A stretch of DNA of 64,000 nt from a virus (IMGVR_UViG_3300025663_000002:1-64000); one strand, 5' to 3'; positions 26,601 through 36,001 are shown, numbered from the stretch's first letter. Numbers and translations are program-made. Notes: generated by a model not told the origin, from the sequence alone.

Positions 26601-28796
26601 TATGGAGTTGAAGGACATTTCCATTACTTCGACGATGTTATTTTAGATTCTTTCGGTACTAATTATGGCAGACGATCTAACTCATTAAGTCGGGTTGGTG
26701 CAGAAATTCTCGCAAACCAAGAAGAAGGTTCTGTTCATACTTTATATTCTTCAATCGTAGACGACGGAACTCGACGACATTATCATGGTTATGATATTAC
26801 ATATTCTTCTGCACAACGTACATTTGTATTAGAAGAAACTGCTGAGTGGGAAGAGGGTGTACGTGATACTGGTGCGTATATATTAGTTGGAACTCAAACC
26901 CACGAACATCCAACTTCAGTTGACGGACTACTAACGTCTGTTGGTTGGAACGGTGACCCATCATTTGAAGCACCATCGGCTGTCATCGGTCAGGCAAATG
27001 ACTGGGACAATCTTAATGGGTCTTTAATTCCTCATCAACATTACTTTAATGATACTGGGTTAGACCAAGTTGGACCTAATTCTGACAGAACTGCAGTTTA
27101 TTTATCAAACACGCAAACAACCGACTTAATTTCGGGTGCTATTGAGAATGTTACATTATATTCTTCAATTTACCAAAACCATTACCATGAGTACAATGTA
27201 ACGTTCGACTCATTAAATGGTTCTTTAGTTATACAAGAAGTAGAACAGTGGGTATCTGCTGACAATCAACAATACTTTATTAGAACTCCTGCTGATCACA
27301 GGCATCCAGTTTCCGTAGATGGTGTTCCTAGTGGAACTGGATATAATCAGATGATATCTATAAATAGTTTGCCTATATTTGATTCTCCAGGTTTCCCTTA
27401 TCCTGGTGGATCACATCCTCACTTCTTCAACGGCACAGTTGTTGGTCCATTCTCGGACGGCACTATTGAATATTCTGTTGGGTTAAGTGTTGATCAATCG
27501 TATAAGTTGATTGATGGTATAATTAATCAAGTTACACTTTATGACTCTATTTCTGGTGGACATTTTCACTCGTATGTTGTTAAGTGGGACGATTTGAATA
27601 ATATATTCTATTGTACAAGTTCAGTTACATACGTTCGTGGTGGAATTGAAGACGCAACACAAGATACTGGTAAATATTACCTATCGCAAATTCTAGGACC
27701 ATCTGAAGGGTTGCATTGGCACAACTTAACGATTGACTGGAATCCAAATAATGAGGCAGTAGCACAGCAAAGTGGTGGTTCTATTTACCAAACAAACATA
27801 GCAAGTTCATACGAAACGTTAGTCAATCCTCCTTCAGTTGAAGTTAATGTTAATACAACAGCATTATCTCCTGTATCTACAAGTTACCCAGATACACCGA
27901 GTGTTGGTGACAACACAACCATTATAACGTACAGTGATTTGACAACTACGACAACGACGACAACGACTATCACAAACGTAACAGAAACTATTACAACTAA
28001 TATTTCAGACGGAACAAGTTCTTCTACAGTATTACCTCCAGTAGTTTCAACGGATGTAGATGTTGTGCAATCAACTCTGACGATTGAAAATGAACTCAAA
28101 CGTAAGACATTTGTTAATAATATACTACAAGTTAATAATGCACCAACTATATGGATTGGCAATACATTTATTGACGGTGAAGGTTCTCATGATCATTTAC
28201 TATACCAAGGTTGTTCTTTAGATACACAAGGACCGTTCTCGGGTAGAATGTGTGAACCAATTACCTTGGCAACTGCTAACTTATTAATTAATGCGCAAGA
28301 CCCTACTTTTGGAACAATTTTTTATGATTCTCCCAACGGCAACTTGTCGCATTATCATAGTTACTCGTTGAAGTTTAACCCTTTCTTAGGTGACGACGGA
28401 ACGTTCCTTGCTTTACCAATTAGTCAGTTTGATAGATTCCCTGGATCGGGTACGAACGTTCATAAGTTTATGTTAAGTGGTGGTTTCCACACCCATACAT
28501 ATTTCTTAACTGAGGCAGAATATGCTACGTTAGTTGGAGGAGGTTTGGTTCAAACCTCCCAAGCAGACGCTATTCACGCAGAACTATATACGCACACTTT
28601 AGTAATTAGACTTGTAAATTTCCAATATCAAATTGTATCTCAGTCGTCGGACTTTGATAACCACGATACCGTAATATATCAAGGCATGGTTGCTGAGGGT
28701 GGACAATGGATTCAAAATCAACAAGGTTCTGGACTAGGTGACCATATTCATTCTACTACGATAGACGAATCGAATATATGGCCTGTTCCAGCATAG
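20649..28796 (+). CDS. 7: Giant baseplate wedge protein gp7 with inserted Cys/Trp arrays, PQQ-type sugar dehydrogenase domain and His-rich repeats
   Basis: gp7 core (FVTFMQKYFEYLE, KGTKSALDFLF, YYQDFSYVIRS, LVHPVG) in the first ~340 aa; GSDH motifs later. Confidence 0.85.
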   Translation: MSNKQFTESPAKFLSIFVERMVPEYVREDHPMFVTFMQKYFEYLERETDVNGELGEYKQISDLIQNVDIDHTLDQFIPEFEKQYLHNIPHEAIGAEVETTDKSFLTKNIKESYKEKGTKSALDFLFRREFDTEAYVAYPKDFMLKASGSIWYEPQWLEVSEPEEDVRKLYNKKVIGQISGATAFVDIEETAVMPEIEKLLLTQVEGSFVQGEEIWEEVGTSGLTPNKLTVVSDGIIAPATCYINGVAWSTTYGANVPQTKTACESLKETDNTIKTAVWLPNGYWVDSAGFLSSDRKMQDNNYYQDFSYVIRSDVPVQAYRDVLKKLVHPVGLKLFAEYMFETTVPMGTKLPEKYAAYLIAIFSYLDVAVDIYPNGKCSDYQITDEMTCNDSGATWTRGQSYRTTHRKTYEWTRPETFELQEDITIPWNHMRSDGTTREDIVNGVPQGSGQDEVILSGTIINTTLPKGEERYRTKVWKCSEPTGNYSYGSESELLVASTNCFAAGGEWSQHITGSNYSDMTDEWIFVDNQWKPESIYTKKETQIGEEHEGFEKFLDQGFEDYVLEILKKTEVKSEILEPLDWNHPTDHLLLDVTTEPNVIGTRLHSKLYQVFTMNENIKLGLDAFPEKLILAYYQQIKILDTEVQGALDNTLNIRRTFKGIKEYQTTNSVCSDPTITSYTECVDGGTCSDSNYNNDEYSCLNVGSCSSAADGLFTELLCKGSGFIWTPQSPENVWTSSGNTWTHENVDWLGTYNEEFKATDGRMIGCEVWELLVAKGLESILEYNLRIVQVESYAPQQNYRFWEQNRENTIIQSIYGNTNDIIDAVHIEAFDVDGGIRTHMHGEVDGFAPMVDTVLTKGVDLPQMAVGASAFHTHSFDGTELKNLLVHGKSIDASGISYQQTRDLLNREAFEIPDFHGANLVCGGIMTPPLWGDWVDSVQDPRYNGVGECFNSIYENETDCVGFYGDPMFWMSPSCSDQASADEATCHNVGHSWGYFTLAELPPMKGHVSYFVKGEVVDRQRGRTADPLTREQARQLIDGDIASVTLYDNVGALDKEGNPTYDENDITIGGTITNIRGEITSGHYHEYAVTYDADWKTKQDWRGNNLTHGFVYTPVTTFLCFNYKPDLPVDETIMGGMDFTGQPWPQNVFMDVPDSYVGGFLNNPDITLQHNQVWAEDLNPNVDWVEIYSSNFIQDVPGSGTIDDLIGAEQVGVNTDIATIKAYPRMNEDYIALIDQSGFIYLQKVSGECSDNAWGNKQDCLDLAGICSNTTFNNNQILCESSGTCSDITFTDETLCLVDGTCSDGLLLTQSTCESAGTCSDVSYTAENICTSSGETWTPAGNVWSTINSWSLETWTPATNTWTVPDTAPLLFMDLTSLQHVIGLGPFGNYDERGVLGLAFHPDYVNNGKFYVYYMTEQGGGTGSFGYPLSTSVISEFTATFGGNWDVADVTSERILLEIPQPDMNHNGGELEFGPDGYLYIGLGDGGNAGDTSTTTGHGGHGDYGNAQNPTNLLGNILRIDVTEDTVNSMPYTIPADNPFINSIYKEGQAEAQPFRPEIYAYGFRNPWRFSFDTDDRLWCADVGQNKFEEVNIVEKGGNYGWRVMESYHYYEEQQSVIDQMAIDLGYTTTLEYLSDLKKPIHEYSHGTGISVLGGFVYRGTEVPELTGKYIFGDWGKTWEGTSGQLFALEETVAGLAANFNVLPNAVNGATHSHTLTLTTAEVDFLQANPGSPVVTIQTDSVHAEFYVHTFTVTYSSADGLFHIIGQTNPEGHDLLEFDGWSDDVGYNRRSLSFWDPVTEIVTLTTFDESLLTMGEDTQGEIYFSTRVGIGTFRPPGIGPNNTKIFKITDSYSSVDVPNAPAQIPVTQKAHTHGYKVTYNFTEQMFEVVEISDIEMSTWDAFWPIWEINDPASHVHPVITAWSHAVDVEIPLGSSAGWHFDEVTQEWGPYDIGADTAWAPPSVDTGGYVTIDVAPNLAVSMANEYGVEGHFHYFDDVILDSFGTNYGRRSNSLSRVGAEILANQEEGSVHTLYSSIVDDGTRRHYHGYDITYSSAQRTFVLEETAEWEEGVRDTGAYILVGTQTHEHPTSVDGLLTSVGWNGDPSFEAPSAVIGQANDWDNLNGSLIPHQHYFNDTGLDQVGPNSDRTAVYLSNTQTTDLISGAIENVTLYSSIYQNHYHEYNVTFDSLNGSLVIQEVEQWVSADNQQYFIRTPADHRHPVSVDGVPSGTGYNQMISINSLPIFDSPGFPYPGGSHPHFFNGTVVGPFSDGTIEYSVGLSVDQSYKLIDGIINQVTLYDSISGGHFHSYVVKWDDLNNIFYCTSSVTYVRGGIEDATQDTGKYYLSQILGPSEGLHWHNLTIDWNPNNEAVAQQSGGSIYQTNIASSYETLVNPPSVEVNVNTTALSPVSTSYPDTPSVGDNTTIITYSDLTTTTTTTTTITNVTETITTNISDGTSSSTVLPPVVSTDVDVVQSTLTIENELKRKTFVNNILQVNNAPTIWIGNTFIDGEGSHDHLLYQGCSLDTQGPFSGRMCEPITLATANLLINAQDPTFGTIFYDSPNGNLSHYHSYSLKFNPFLGDDGTFLALPISQFDRFPGSGTNVHKFMLSGGFHTHTYFLTEAEYATLVGGGLVQTSQADAIHAELYTHTLVIRLVNFQYQIVSQSSDFDNHDTVIYQGMVAEGGQWIQNQQGSGLGDHIHSTTIDESNIWPVPA
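22656..22892 (+). repeat. Three CS..C modules followed by three W-T closers (protein-level)
   Basis: CSDPTITSYTEC / CSDSNYNNDEYSC / CSSAADGLFTELLC, then FIWTP, NVWTS, NTWTH. Confidence 0.75.
24387..24740 (+). repeat. Five G-x-CS[DN]-x8-9-C modules (51-54 bp period) followed by five Trp closers
   Basis: GECSD, GICSN, GTCSD x3; DNA repeat gg[tc]acttgttcaga; then WTP, WST, WSL, WTP, WTV. Confidence 0.85.
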
Positions 28797-28812
28797 TAAC
28801 AACAAAAAACGT

Positions 28813-28829
28813 TATAAATATTATAAATA
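28813..28829 (+). promoter_or_regulatory. Tandem late promoters TATAAATA x2
   Basis: Motifs at 28813-28820 and 28822-28829 upstream of gp8. Confidence 0.75.
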
Positions 28830-28867
28830 GAATTATTAAATAAAACATTTAACTTAGGAGTAAACAC

Positions 28868-29956
28868 ATGGGTGCAATTGTAACCAGTAAATTTAGAACT
28901 CAGAACTTGATGGTTTTCATCGACCAGTTTAAAACCACTGGTGTTGCGGCTGATGATAACTTCTTGTACTTAGGATTCGGACGTTCGGAAGCATGGTCGG
29001 ACGACGTGAACGGAAACGACGAATCAAACGGTAACTTTATCTTACCAGACCCTCTTGACGAGGACGAGGCAAGATATTGGGCAGATATCGTTGGAGCAAA
29101 ACGTATTCAGGACGATGATATTTCTCCTGTACTTCCTCGTATTGACTGGGACAACGGTGACCCGTATGCATTTGACGGTTCTGAAGGTGTAACAGGTATT
29201 CCTGACGCAGGTCGTTCATTTATCTCTATTGTTGGTTCTCATTCTATTGCAATGAATACAGAATACCGAGTGTATGAATGTGTGAAAGAGCCTGGTGGAG
29301 CATATTGTGACAACTACACAAGCAATAGTGCAACTGATTGTGCTGCAGCTGGTGCGACTTGGACTGCAGAAACAAGTGGTTTTGGTAAATGTTACATTGG
29401 TGGTTCTTATTCAGCAATTCAAACAGATAGAACAACTTGTGAATCAACTACTGGTGGACTTTGGTTACCAAACGCTGCTTCTAATAGTCCTACTGGTGCG
29501 ACTGGTGACACTCAACAAACCGTTGCTCAAGTAATTGACACATTAGATGGTTATGTATGGAAATACCTATACAAATTAGAACTAAACGACATTATTAACT
29601 CAACTACTAACGACTGGATGCCTGTAATTTATGGTGACGCGGTTCTTGCTGGTTCTGAGCAAGCAGTGTTTGGTGATTCTAATGCGATCTTCTCTGCTAA
29701 GTGTCATCATGGATTGATTCACGTTCGCCTTGAAACTAGTGACGGTTTCCCTGATAACGATGACTTCCGTCAAATTGGTTTACTACGTAATCCAGAGTTA
29801 GACGGTGGTGGTTCTAAAGCGCAGTCTTCTGTGTATTCTGATGCTACTTTATCTTTAGAAGAAAATACTGGACAGTTGATTTATTTGGAAAACAGACGTG
29901 CGATTACTCGTGCCCCTGACCAAATTGAGGACCTGAAACTTGTAGTAGAATTCTAA
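28868..29956 (+). CDS. 8: Baseplate wedge subunit gp8
   Basis: LYLGFGRSEAW, DGYVWKYLY, DFRQIGLLRNP, GQLIYLENRRAITRAPDQIEDLKLVVEF. Confidence 0.93.
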   Translation: MGAIVTSKFRTQNLMVFIDQFKTTGVAADDNFLYLGFGRSEAWSDDVNGNDESNGNFILPDPLDEDEARYWADIVGAKRIQDDDISPVLPRIDWDNGDPYAFDGSEGVTGIPDAGRSFISIVGSHSIAMNTEYRVYECVKEPGGAYCDNYTSNSATDCAAAGATWTAETSGFGKCYIGGSYSAIQTDRTTCESTTGGLWLPNAASNSPTGATGDTQQTVAQVIDTLDGYVWKYLYKLELNDIINSTTNDWMPVIYGDAVLAGSEQAVFGDSNAIFSAKCHHGLIHVRLETSDGFPDNDDFRQIGLLRNPELDGGGSKAQSSVYSDATLSLEENTGQLIYLENRRAITRAPDQIEDLKLVVEF

Positions 29957-29975
29957 ATCCCTTTTAAACTAACTC

Positions 29976-29983
29976 TATAAATA
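29976..29983 (+). promoter_or_regulatory. T4-type late promoter inside an inverted repeat
   Basis: TATAAATA centred in ACTAACTCTATA-AA-TATAGGGTTAGT (29968-29993). Confidence 0.7.
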
Positions 29984-30023
29984 TAGGGTTAGTGTAATTA
30001 GACACTCATTTTAGGATAATACT

Positions 30024-33000
30024 ATGTCGATTAATTTCAATACCGCTCCATACTACGACGACTTTGACGCAAATGACCAGTTCTTAAGGATTCTTTTTAA
30101 TCCTGGACGTTCTGTTCAAGCTCGAGAGTTGACGCAAATCCAATCAATACTTCAGAATCAATTAAGTTCTGGAGCAAATAACATTTGGAAAGACGGAACT
30201 GCAATTGTTGGTGCTGATATTGGTGTCAATAAAAGACATTATATTCAATTAGCAACAGCCGACGCCTCATGGTTAGGTCGTGTTGTAAAAGGAGTTACGT
30301 CTGGTGCGATCGGTAAAATTGTACAATTACACGATGACGAAACTCAGCCTGTATATTACATCAAACCTTTATCTAATGAGTTTGTTGTTGGTGATGCTAT
30401 TGAAACTTACGATACACACTGTGACATAACGATTCCCGGCGTTACTTTAACGAACGGTGTATGTAGTGGTAATAGTTGGTATAATGGGTCAATGACGGTA
30501 ATACGAAGTGTTGCTCTTGGTAATGAGGGCGTTGTGACTGGTATTGGTAAAGGACTAGAGGCTACGATTGGTAATGGTATTTTGTATGTAGGAAATCATT
30601 TTGTTCCTGTTATATCCCAAACTATTTGGGTAGATTACACATCCGATACTCCTACAGCTGAAATTGGAATTGATATTGAAGAAACTATTATTGAGGCAAC
30701 TTCTGACCCAAGGTTACTAGATCCAGCTTCTGGTTTCTATAACCAAAATGCTCCAGGTGCTGATAGGTATTCTATCAATTTAAAATTAACTAAGTCATCA
30801 GACTCGGTTGATGGTACTAACTTCCTACCAATGATAGGTATTGTTGTTGGTAAAATTGATAAACCTGTATCACGTACTTCACTTAATGGACTTGTTGATG
30901 AACTTGCTAGAAGGACGTACGATGAGTCTGGTGATTACACAACAAAAAACTTTCCAATCGAAATTATCGAAGACGAAACCAATGAAGCGAACTACATAGT
31001 TAAAATTGAAGCAGGTAAGGCGTATGTTAGAGGTTACGAAAACGAATTAACTTCTACTGTAGAACTAACAGCACCCAAAGGAAGAACAACGAGACATATC
31101 GTCAACGATAATATCCGTACAGAGTTTGGTCCTTATTTAGAGATTAACTCATTAGACGACGTTAGGGGAGTTTTTGATGTATTTAAGAAAGAGAAAGTTA
31201 ATTTCATTACAAATGCACTATACACCGGCGGTCAAGTACAAGATAAAATCGACTTATCTAAACGAATTACTCACTTCACAAAATATGGGGATGCATTTAG
31301 AATTTATTTAGACACGGAAGAAGGTTTGGACATTATTGCTCCTGCTACTTATGTTGTTTCTGAATCTAATCCTGCGGTATATGCAAAACTACATAGACCT
31401 ACGGGTTCTACTGTCAGGAAAGGTGTATTTAAACCTTGGTTATATGAAACTGCAAGATTAACATCAACATTGACTGCTGGTCAAATTAACTATTCTACTC
31501 AAAAGAATTATAGTGTAGTTAATACTGGTGGAACTAACATGACGATTGCTTCTGCATATCCGTCTATGCATTGGGAACGTGTTCTTTATATTTACAACGG
31601 AGACACTGGTTCAAATATTCCAGAGAAAGGAACAAGTTCAACCGCACCTGTTGTGTGGTATGCCGATACAACGGGTAATGAAAACGTAGTTATCTATTTT
31701 GAAGACCAGGCGGGTGCTCCTAGTAATACATATCAAAACGATAACCTACAAATTATGTCGGATATGTATATATCAAACTCTACTTGGAAGTCTATCACAC
31801 ATACAACTAAAACTGATGTGGATATTGTATTAGACGCAGACAATAAATTAATAATCGAGCCTGGTGTCAGTAAAATTATTTCTATCACAGACCCTGGAGC
31901 AAATGACGTTACTGACGAATTTTGGTTCTTCGAGGGTGATTTTGATACAGAATACAAAAACGCTTATGTTCAATGGTCAAACCCAGATGAAAGTGTAATA
32001 CCACAAACTGGTACATACACAGTAACATACGAAGTATTTACATACGGTTCTTCTACGGGTTCTTCGTTTACTGGTGTGAATTCATTCACGGACGGTGCTA
32101 TCTCATACGCCGATATCGGCACATACGAAGGGTTCTTAGTACCAAATACTTACAGACTTTCTGATACGTTAGACTTTAGATGTACGGATGCTAATTTTAA
32201 CGAAGGAAACTTCTTACCGTTGCCTGGTGGTGATATTACAGTTTCATATGATTACTACTTACCACGTGCAGATAGAGTAGTATTGAATACTGATGGTATT
32301 TTTGAAATCAAACAAGGGTTCCCATCGGAAGGAGCAAAACTTCCAAAAGAAAGAGAATCTGAAATGACTCTTTATAACTTATATGTTCCTCCATACACAT
32401 ATCATGCGAAGAATATTTCAGTTACACATATTGATAATAAGAATTACAAGATGAGCGATTTGCGTGAGTTAGATGAACGCATTTCTTCATTAGAATACTA
32501 CACAGCATTAAATCTATTAGAAAAAGATACTGCTTCTATGCAAGTTATCGACTCAAATGGATTTGAAAGATACAAGAATGGTATGTTAATCGATCCATTC
32601 GTTGACCATGGTATTGGTGACGTATCTAGCACTGAGTATTTTGTTTCAATTTACCCAGAAGCGGGTATTTGCACTACACCTTTTGAAATGAAAGGGTATG
32701 ACTTTGAAATGTCTAATTCGGGCACGACGGGTATGAGAAAAAGTGCTGAAGGGAAAACTTGGACATTAGACTTTAGTGTTGAAGAGGCTTGGTTGTCTCA
32801 ACAATTTGCTTCATCTTGGATAAACTTAAACCCTTTCGCCAGAATGTCGTGGACAGGGTTTTTAGAACTCTCCCCTTCGTCTGACACTTGGTTTGAAGAC
32901 CAATTTAGACCAGATATCGTAGTACAAAACGAAAACAATAACGCAGTATTGGCACAAGTTGAAGCATTTGGTACTCAAACTCGTTGGGGTGCTTGGGCAA

Positions 33001-35570
33001 CTACTTGGACTGGTTGGAACGATGTTGGTGCAGCTAAAGATTTCGTTGCGGGTTCTTCTGAAACTAAATTTAGAGGACGTACAAGAAACGTACATGGTTG
33101 GGAAGGACGTGTAGACGTTACTAAGATGGACGGAACTATTGCAGCTAACGGACATACTAACATTAGAGGATTCAGCCTTCAAGAAATTTGGGATCAAGGT
33201 TGGATGGCAACTAATACTTGGATCGGTGGAACAAGAGACGTTGCTCCTACAAACAGACCATCAAAGCAATTTGATATGTGGCAGGATGTTATTAAGAAAT
33301 CCGATACATGGAAACAGGACCAAACAAGAACGTCGACTTCTGTAAGAAGTGGAACTCGTACTTACCAAGAAGCGAAGGACATCAGAACTACTTTAGATAA
33401 TAAAGTATTAGATAGTTCTGCTATTGGTTGGATGCGTTCTAAAGATATTACAATCAAAGCAGACAAGATGAGACCTTCTACTAAGATGAGTTTTGAATTT
33501 GACGGTGTCAATGTTGATGCATATTGTAAACCTTTCAACGGTGCACTTGGTGATGATATTATTACAGACGAAAATGGTAGAATCAGGGACGCACAATTCA
33601 CTATTCCGAGTGATAACAGTGGAGTTAAGTTTAGAACTGGTAAGAAGTTCCTTGCTATGCAAGACGCATTTGACGGCACAGTTTCTACTCAGGCATCGGC
33701 TAGTTATACTGCAGCCGGCACATTAAATACTCGACAAAGAACTGTTATGAGTACGTTGGAAGCAGAGACTAAGGTTGAGGATATTTCTGATACACAAATT
33801 GGAAACGAAAACAGAACTACTCAAATGGGTGGTGCAATAACAACTACGACTTCAAAGAAGTCTATTCGTGAATATTACGACCCTGTTGCAGAATCGTTTA
33901 TGGTATCTAATATGGACGGTGGTGTATTTATTGACTCTATTGATATTTACTTCTACTCTAAAGACACAGAGATGACTCCAGTTAGAATCGAGATACGTGA
34001 GATGAATGCTGGTTATCCTACTTGGAGCCCATTGCCTTTAGCAACTAAGTTATTGTACCCAGAAGATGTATATACTTCAAGTAATGGTACAGCAAATACA
34101 AGATTTACCTTTGACGACCCTATTTATTTGTTGAATGGAACTGAATATTGTTTCGTTGTTATTTCAGATTCATTAGAATATAATATATGGATTTCTGACT
34201 TAGGGGAACAAGATAAATCTACGGGTGAATATATCAATTCACAACCGTTCCTTGGTTCAATGTTCACATCGCAAAACAACTCTACTTGGACACCAGAACA
34301 AACTAAAGACGTTAAGTTTCAATTAAATAAGTGTGTGTTCCAAACCGACGAGATTGCAACTGCTCAGTTTGATATGAGAGGTTTTGATGGAATTCATCAA
34401 GCAACAGGATTCACTCCAAACTTCTCCCCATTATTACTTCAAGGTACTGATGTTGATTATAGTGTTGTAGTAAACTCTGATACTAATAATATCATAACGG
34501 GAGTTACTGACGGAAACGACGAAGTGTTTGATGTTCAAATGACGTTTGATGGTTCTCATACTATCGCTTCTGGGTATTCATATACTCCTTTATCAGTTCT
34601 TGCTAACGTAACAACAAATAACCCTAACTTGACTCCAGTATTTAATGCTGAACGTTTAAGTGTTATTACTCAAAATAATGTTGTACACGATGCAGCGGTT
34701 GAAGTTCATAATCAGAAAGGTGTTTATGTATCTAAGATGGTACAACTCGCTAATCCTGCTGACGACCTGAAGATGTGGTTGTCGGTTCAAGAGAAAACCG
34801 AAACTTCTGTTAAAGTTTTCTATGATACGGGTTCTGTAATTCCTAGACACGTTGACATCACAACTAATGCGGATTTCACTTCTCATGGTTATTACACCGT
34901 TAATGATTTTGAAGAAGAATATGCATTTACATATGTCAACTCCCCAGAGATTCAAGTTACATTATGGAACGGTGCTGTTGGTTCTAATCCTGGTTATTCA
35001 ACTTGGAATGGTACTGTTGGAATGTTTGAATCAAGTATGTATATTGATGGTGACGACGATACAGATAACACAACAAGAATGTATGTTACTGATATTTCGT
35101 TCCCTCAACAGGTTATTGATACCTGTTGGGTTTCAAAGTACGACTTAGAAGGTGTTCAAAAGTATAATTCTTCGGTCAACTACGCAGTTGGTGATATTTA
35201 CTTTGGTTCTGGTTCTGGAAACGACTTAGATAGAAAATTCTACAAAGTAGTAATATTACCAGACGGAACGCAAGGCACAGAAGATGTTCCTTTATTACAA
35301 ATAACTTCTTCTGTTGATGTGGCCCATGTTGATTTCCCAATGGCAATTATTGAATCTGATCCAGTTGTATGGAGAGAAATGAAGGATTCAGGTTCTTCTA
35401 ATAATAACTCTGAGATTTCAACAGACATGGAGTTTATTGAACATACATTCGAACCGTTGAAAAAGATTACAAATGAGTTTAGTTCGTTTAGAATTAAAGT
35501 TGAATTGCATACTACAAACCCAGTTTACTTACCTGCGATTAGAGAATTGCGTGTACTTGCTGTAACATAA
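30024..35570 (+). CDS. DUF4815/VrlC-like large virion structural protein
   Basis: FNTAPYYDDFD...RILFNPGRSVQARELTQIQSILQNQ, NAPGADR, ARRTYDESGDY, YDPVAESF, C-terminal PAIRELRVLA. Confidence 0.88.
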   Translation: MSINFNTAPYYDDFDANDQFLRILFNPGRSVQARELTQIQSILQNQLSSGANNIWKDGTAIVGADIGVNKRHYIQLATADASWLGRVVKGVTSGAIGKIVQLHDDETQPVYYIKPLSNEFVVGDAIETYDTHCDITIPGVTLTNGVCSGNSWYNGSMTVIRSVALGNEGVVTGIGKGLEATIGNGILYVGNHFVPVISQTIWVDYTSDTPTAEIGIDIEETIIEATSDPRLLDPASGFYNQNAPGADRYSINLKLTKSSDSVDGTNFLPMIGIVVGKIDKPVSRTSLNGLVDELARRTYDESGDYTTKNFPIEIIEDETNEANYIVKIEAGKAYVRGYENELTSTVELTAPKGRTTRHIVNDNIRTEFGPYLEINSLDDVRGVFDVFKKEKVNFITNALYTGGQVQDKIDLSKRITHFTKYGDAFRIYLDTEEGLDIIAPATYVVSESNPAVYAKLHRPTGSTVRKGVFKPWLYETARLTSTLTAGQINYSTQKNYSVVNTGGTNMTIASAYPSMHWERVLYIYNGDTGSNIPEKGTSSTAPVVWYADTTGNENVVIYFEDQAGAPSNTYQNDNLQIMSDMYISNSTWKSITHTTKTDVDIVLDADNKLIIEPGVSKIISITDPGANDVTDEFWFFEGDFDTEYKNAYVQWSNPDESVIPQTGTYTVTYEVFTYGSSTGSSFTGVNSFTDGAISYADIGTYEGFLVPNTYRLSDTLDFRCTDANFNEGNFLPLPGGDITVSYDYYLPRADRVVLNTDGIFEIKQGFPSEGAKLPKERESEMTLYNLYVPPYTYHAKNISVTHIDNKNYKMSDLRELDERISSLEYYTALNLLEKDTASMQVIDSNGFERYKNGMLIDPFVDHGIGDVSSTEYFVSIYPEAGICTTPFEMKGYDFEMSNSGTTGMRKSAEGKTWTLDFSVEEAWLSQQFASSWINLNPFARMSWTGFLELSPSSDTWFEDQFRPDIVVQNENNNAVLAQVEAFGTQTRWGAWATTWTGWNDVGAAKDFVAGSSETKFRGRTRNVHGWEGRVDVTKMDGTIAANGHTNIRGFSLQEIWDQGWMATNTWIGGTRDVAPTNRPSKQFDMWQDVIKKSDTWKQDQTRTSTSVRSGTRTYQEAKDIRTTLDNKVLDSSAIGWMRSKDITIKADKMRPSTKMSFEFDGVNVDAYCKPFNGALGDDIITDENGRIRDAQFTIPSDNSGVKFRTGKKFLAMQDAFDGTVSTQASASYTAAGTLNTRQRTVMSTLEAETKVEDISDTQIGNENRTTQMGGAITTTTSKKSIREYYDPVAESFMVSNMDGGVFIDSIDIYFYSKDTEMTPVRIEIREMNAGYPTWSPLPLATKLLYPEDVYTSSNGTANTRFTFDDPIYLLNGTEYCFVVISDSLEYNIWISDLGEQDKSTGEYINSQPFLGSMFTSQNNSTWTPEQTKDVKFQLNKCVFQTDEIATAQFDMRGFDGIHQATGFTPNFSPLLLQGTDVDYSVVVNSDTNNIITGVTDGNDEVFDVQMTFDGSHTIASGYSYTPLSVLANVTTNNPNLTPVFNAERLSVITQNNVVHDAAVEVHNQKGVYVSKMVQLANPADDLKMWLSVQEKTETSVKVFYDTGSVIPRHVDITTNADFTSHGYYTVNDFEEEYAFTYVNSPEIQVTLWNGAVGSNPGYSTWNGTVGMFESSMYIDGDDDTDNTTRMYVTDISFPQQVIDTCWVSKYDLEGVQKYNSSVNYAVGDIYFGSGSGNDLDRKFYKVVILPDGTQGTEDVPLLQITSSVDVAHVDFPMAIIESDPVVWREMKDSGSSNNNSEISTDMEFIEHTFEPLKKITNEFSSFRIKVELHTTNPVYLPAIRELRVLAVT

Positions 35571-35581
35571 GGAGAATAGAT

Positions 35582-35791
35582 ATGGAAGACTTAAAATATA
35601 CTAAAGATCCAATAACGGGTGCTGTGATTTTCAAAGACACCGACGGATATAATGCTCGAAAGAAAGTAATTGCAGGACAAAAACTTAGAAATCTACAAGA
35701 ACAAAGTAATAAGAAAGTTATAAATAGTATGAGAAGTGAGATAAATACACTAACTTCACTAGTTGAATCGTTATTAAATAAGGAGAATTAA
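35582..35791 (+). CDS. Small conserved hypothetical protein after DUF4815
   Basis: KDPITGAVIFKD...coiled-coil; AGGAG SD. Confidence 0.7.
   Translation: MEDLKYTKDPITGAVIFKDTDGYNARKKVIAGQKLRNLQEQSNKKVINSMRSEINTLTSLVESLLNKEN
35719..35726 (+). promoter_or_regulatory. Possible late promoter TATAAATA
   Basis: Exact motif within ORF 35582, upstream of ORF 35793. Confidence 0.45.
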
Positions 35792-35792
35792 T

Positions 35793-35987
35793 ATGGCAAC
35801 AGAATCTACAGCCAGAGAAATACCTTATGTAAGAAAGGACGATACATTTAAAACTTGGAGAGAAAGAACTAACCAAATGATTCAACAGCAGAACAACATT
35901 GTTCGACTGTACGAATTTGAAATGTTAGGTGTTTCAGACCCATACGTCATTGCATCATTGCAAATGGCATTCTTTGAAGAAGAATAA
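35793..35987 (+). CDS. 64-aa fibre-attachment-like mini protein
   Basis: VRKDDTFKTWRERTN resembles the N-terminal DTF..WR.KTN motif of T4-like fibres. Confidence 0.6.
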   Translation: MATESTAREIPYVRKDDTFKTWRERTNQMIQQQNNIVRLYEFEMLGVSDPYVIASLQMAFFEEE

Positions 35988-36001
35988 TACAGGAATCAAA
36001 A

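Noticed and set aside
27940-27990. Thr-run microsatellite-like ACx repeat
   Set aside because: Simple coding low-complexity linker in gp7.
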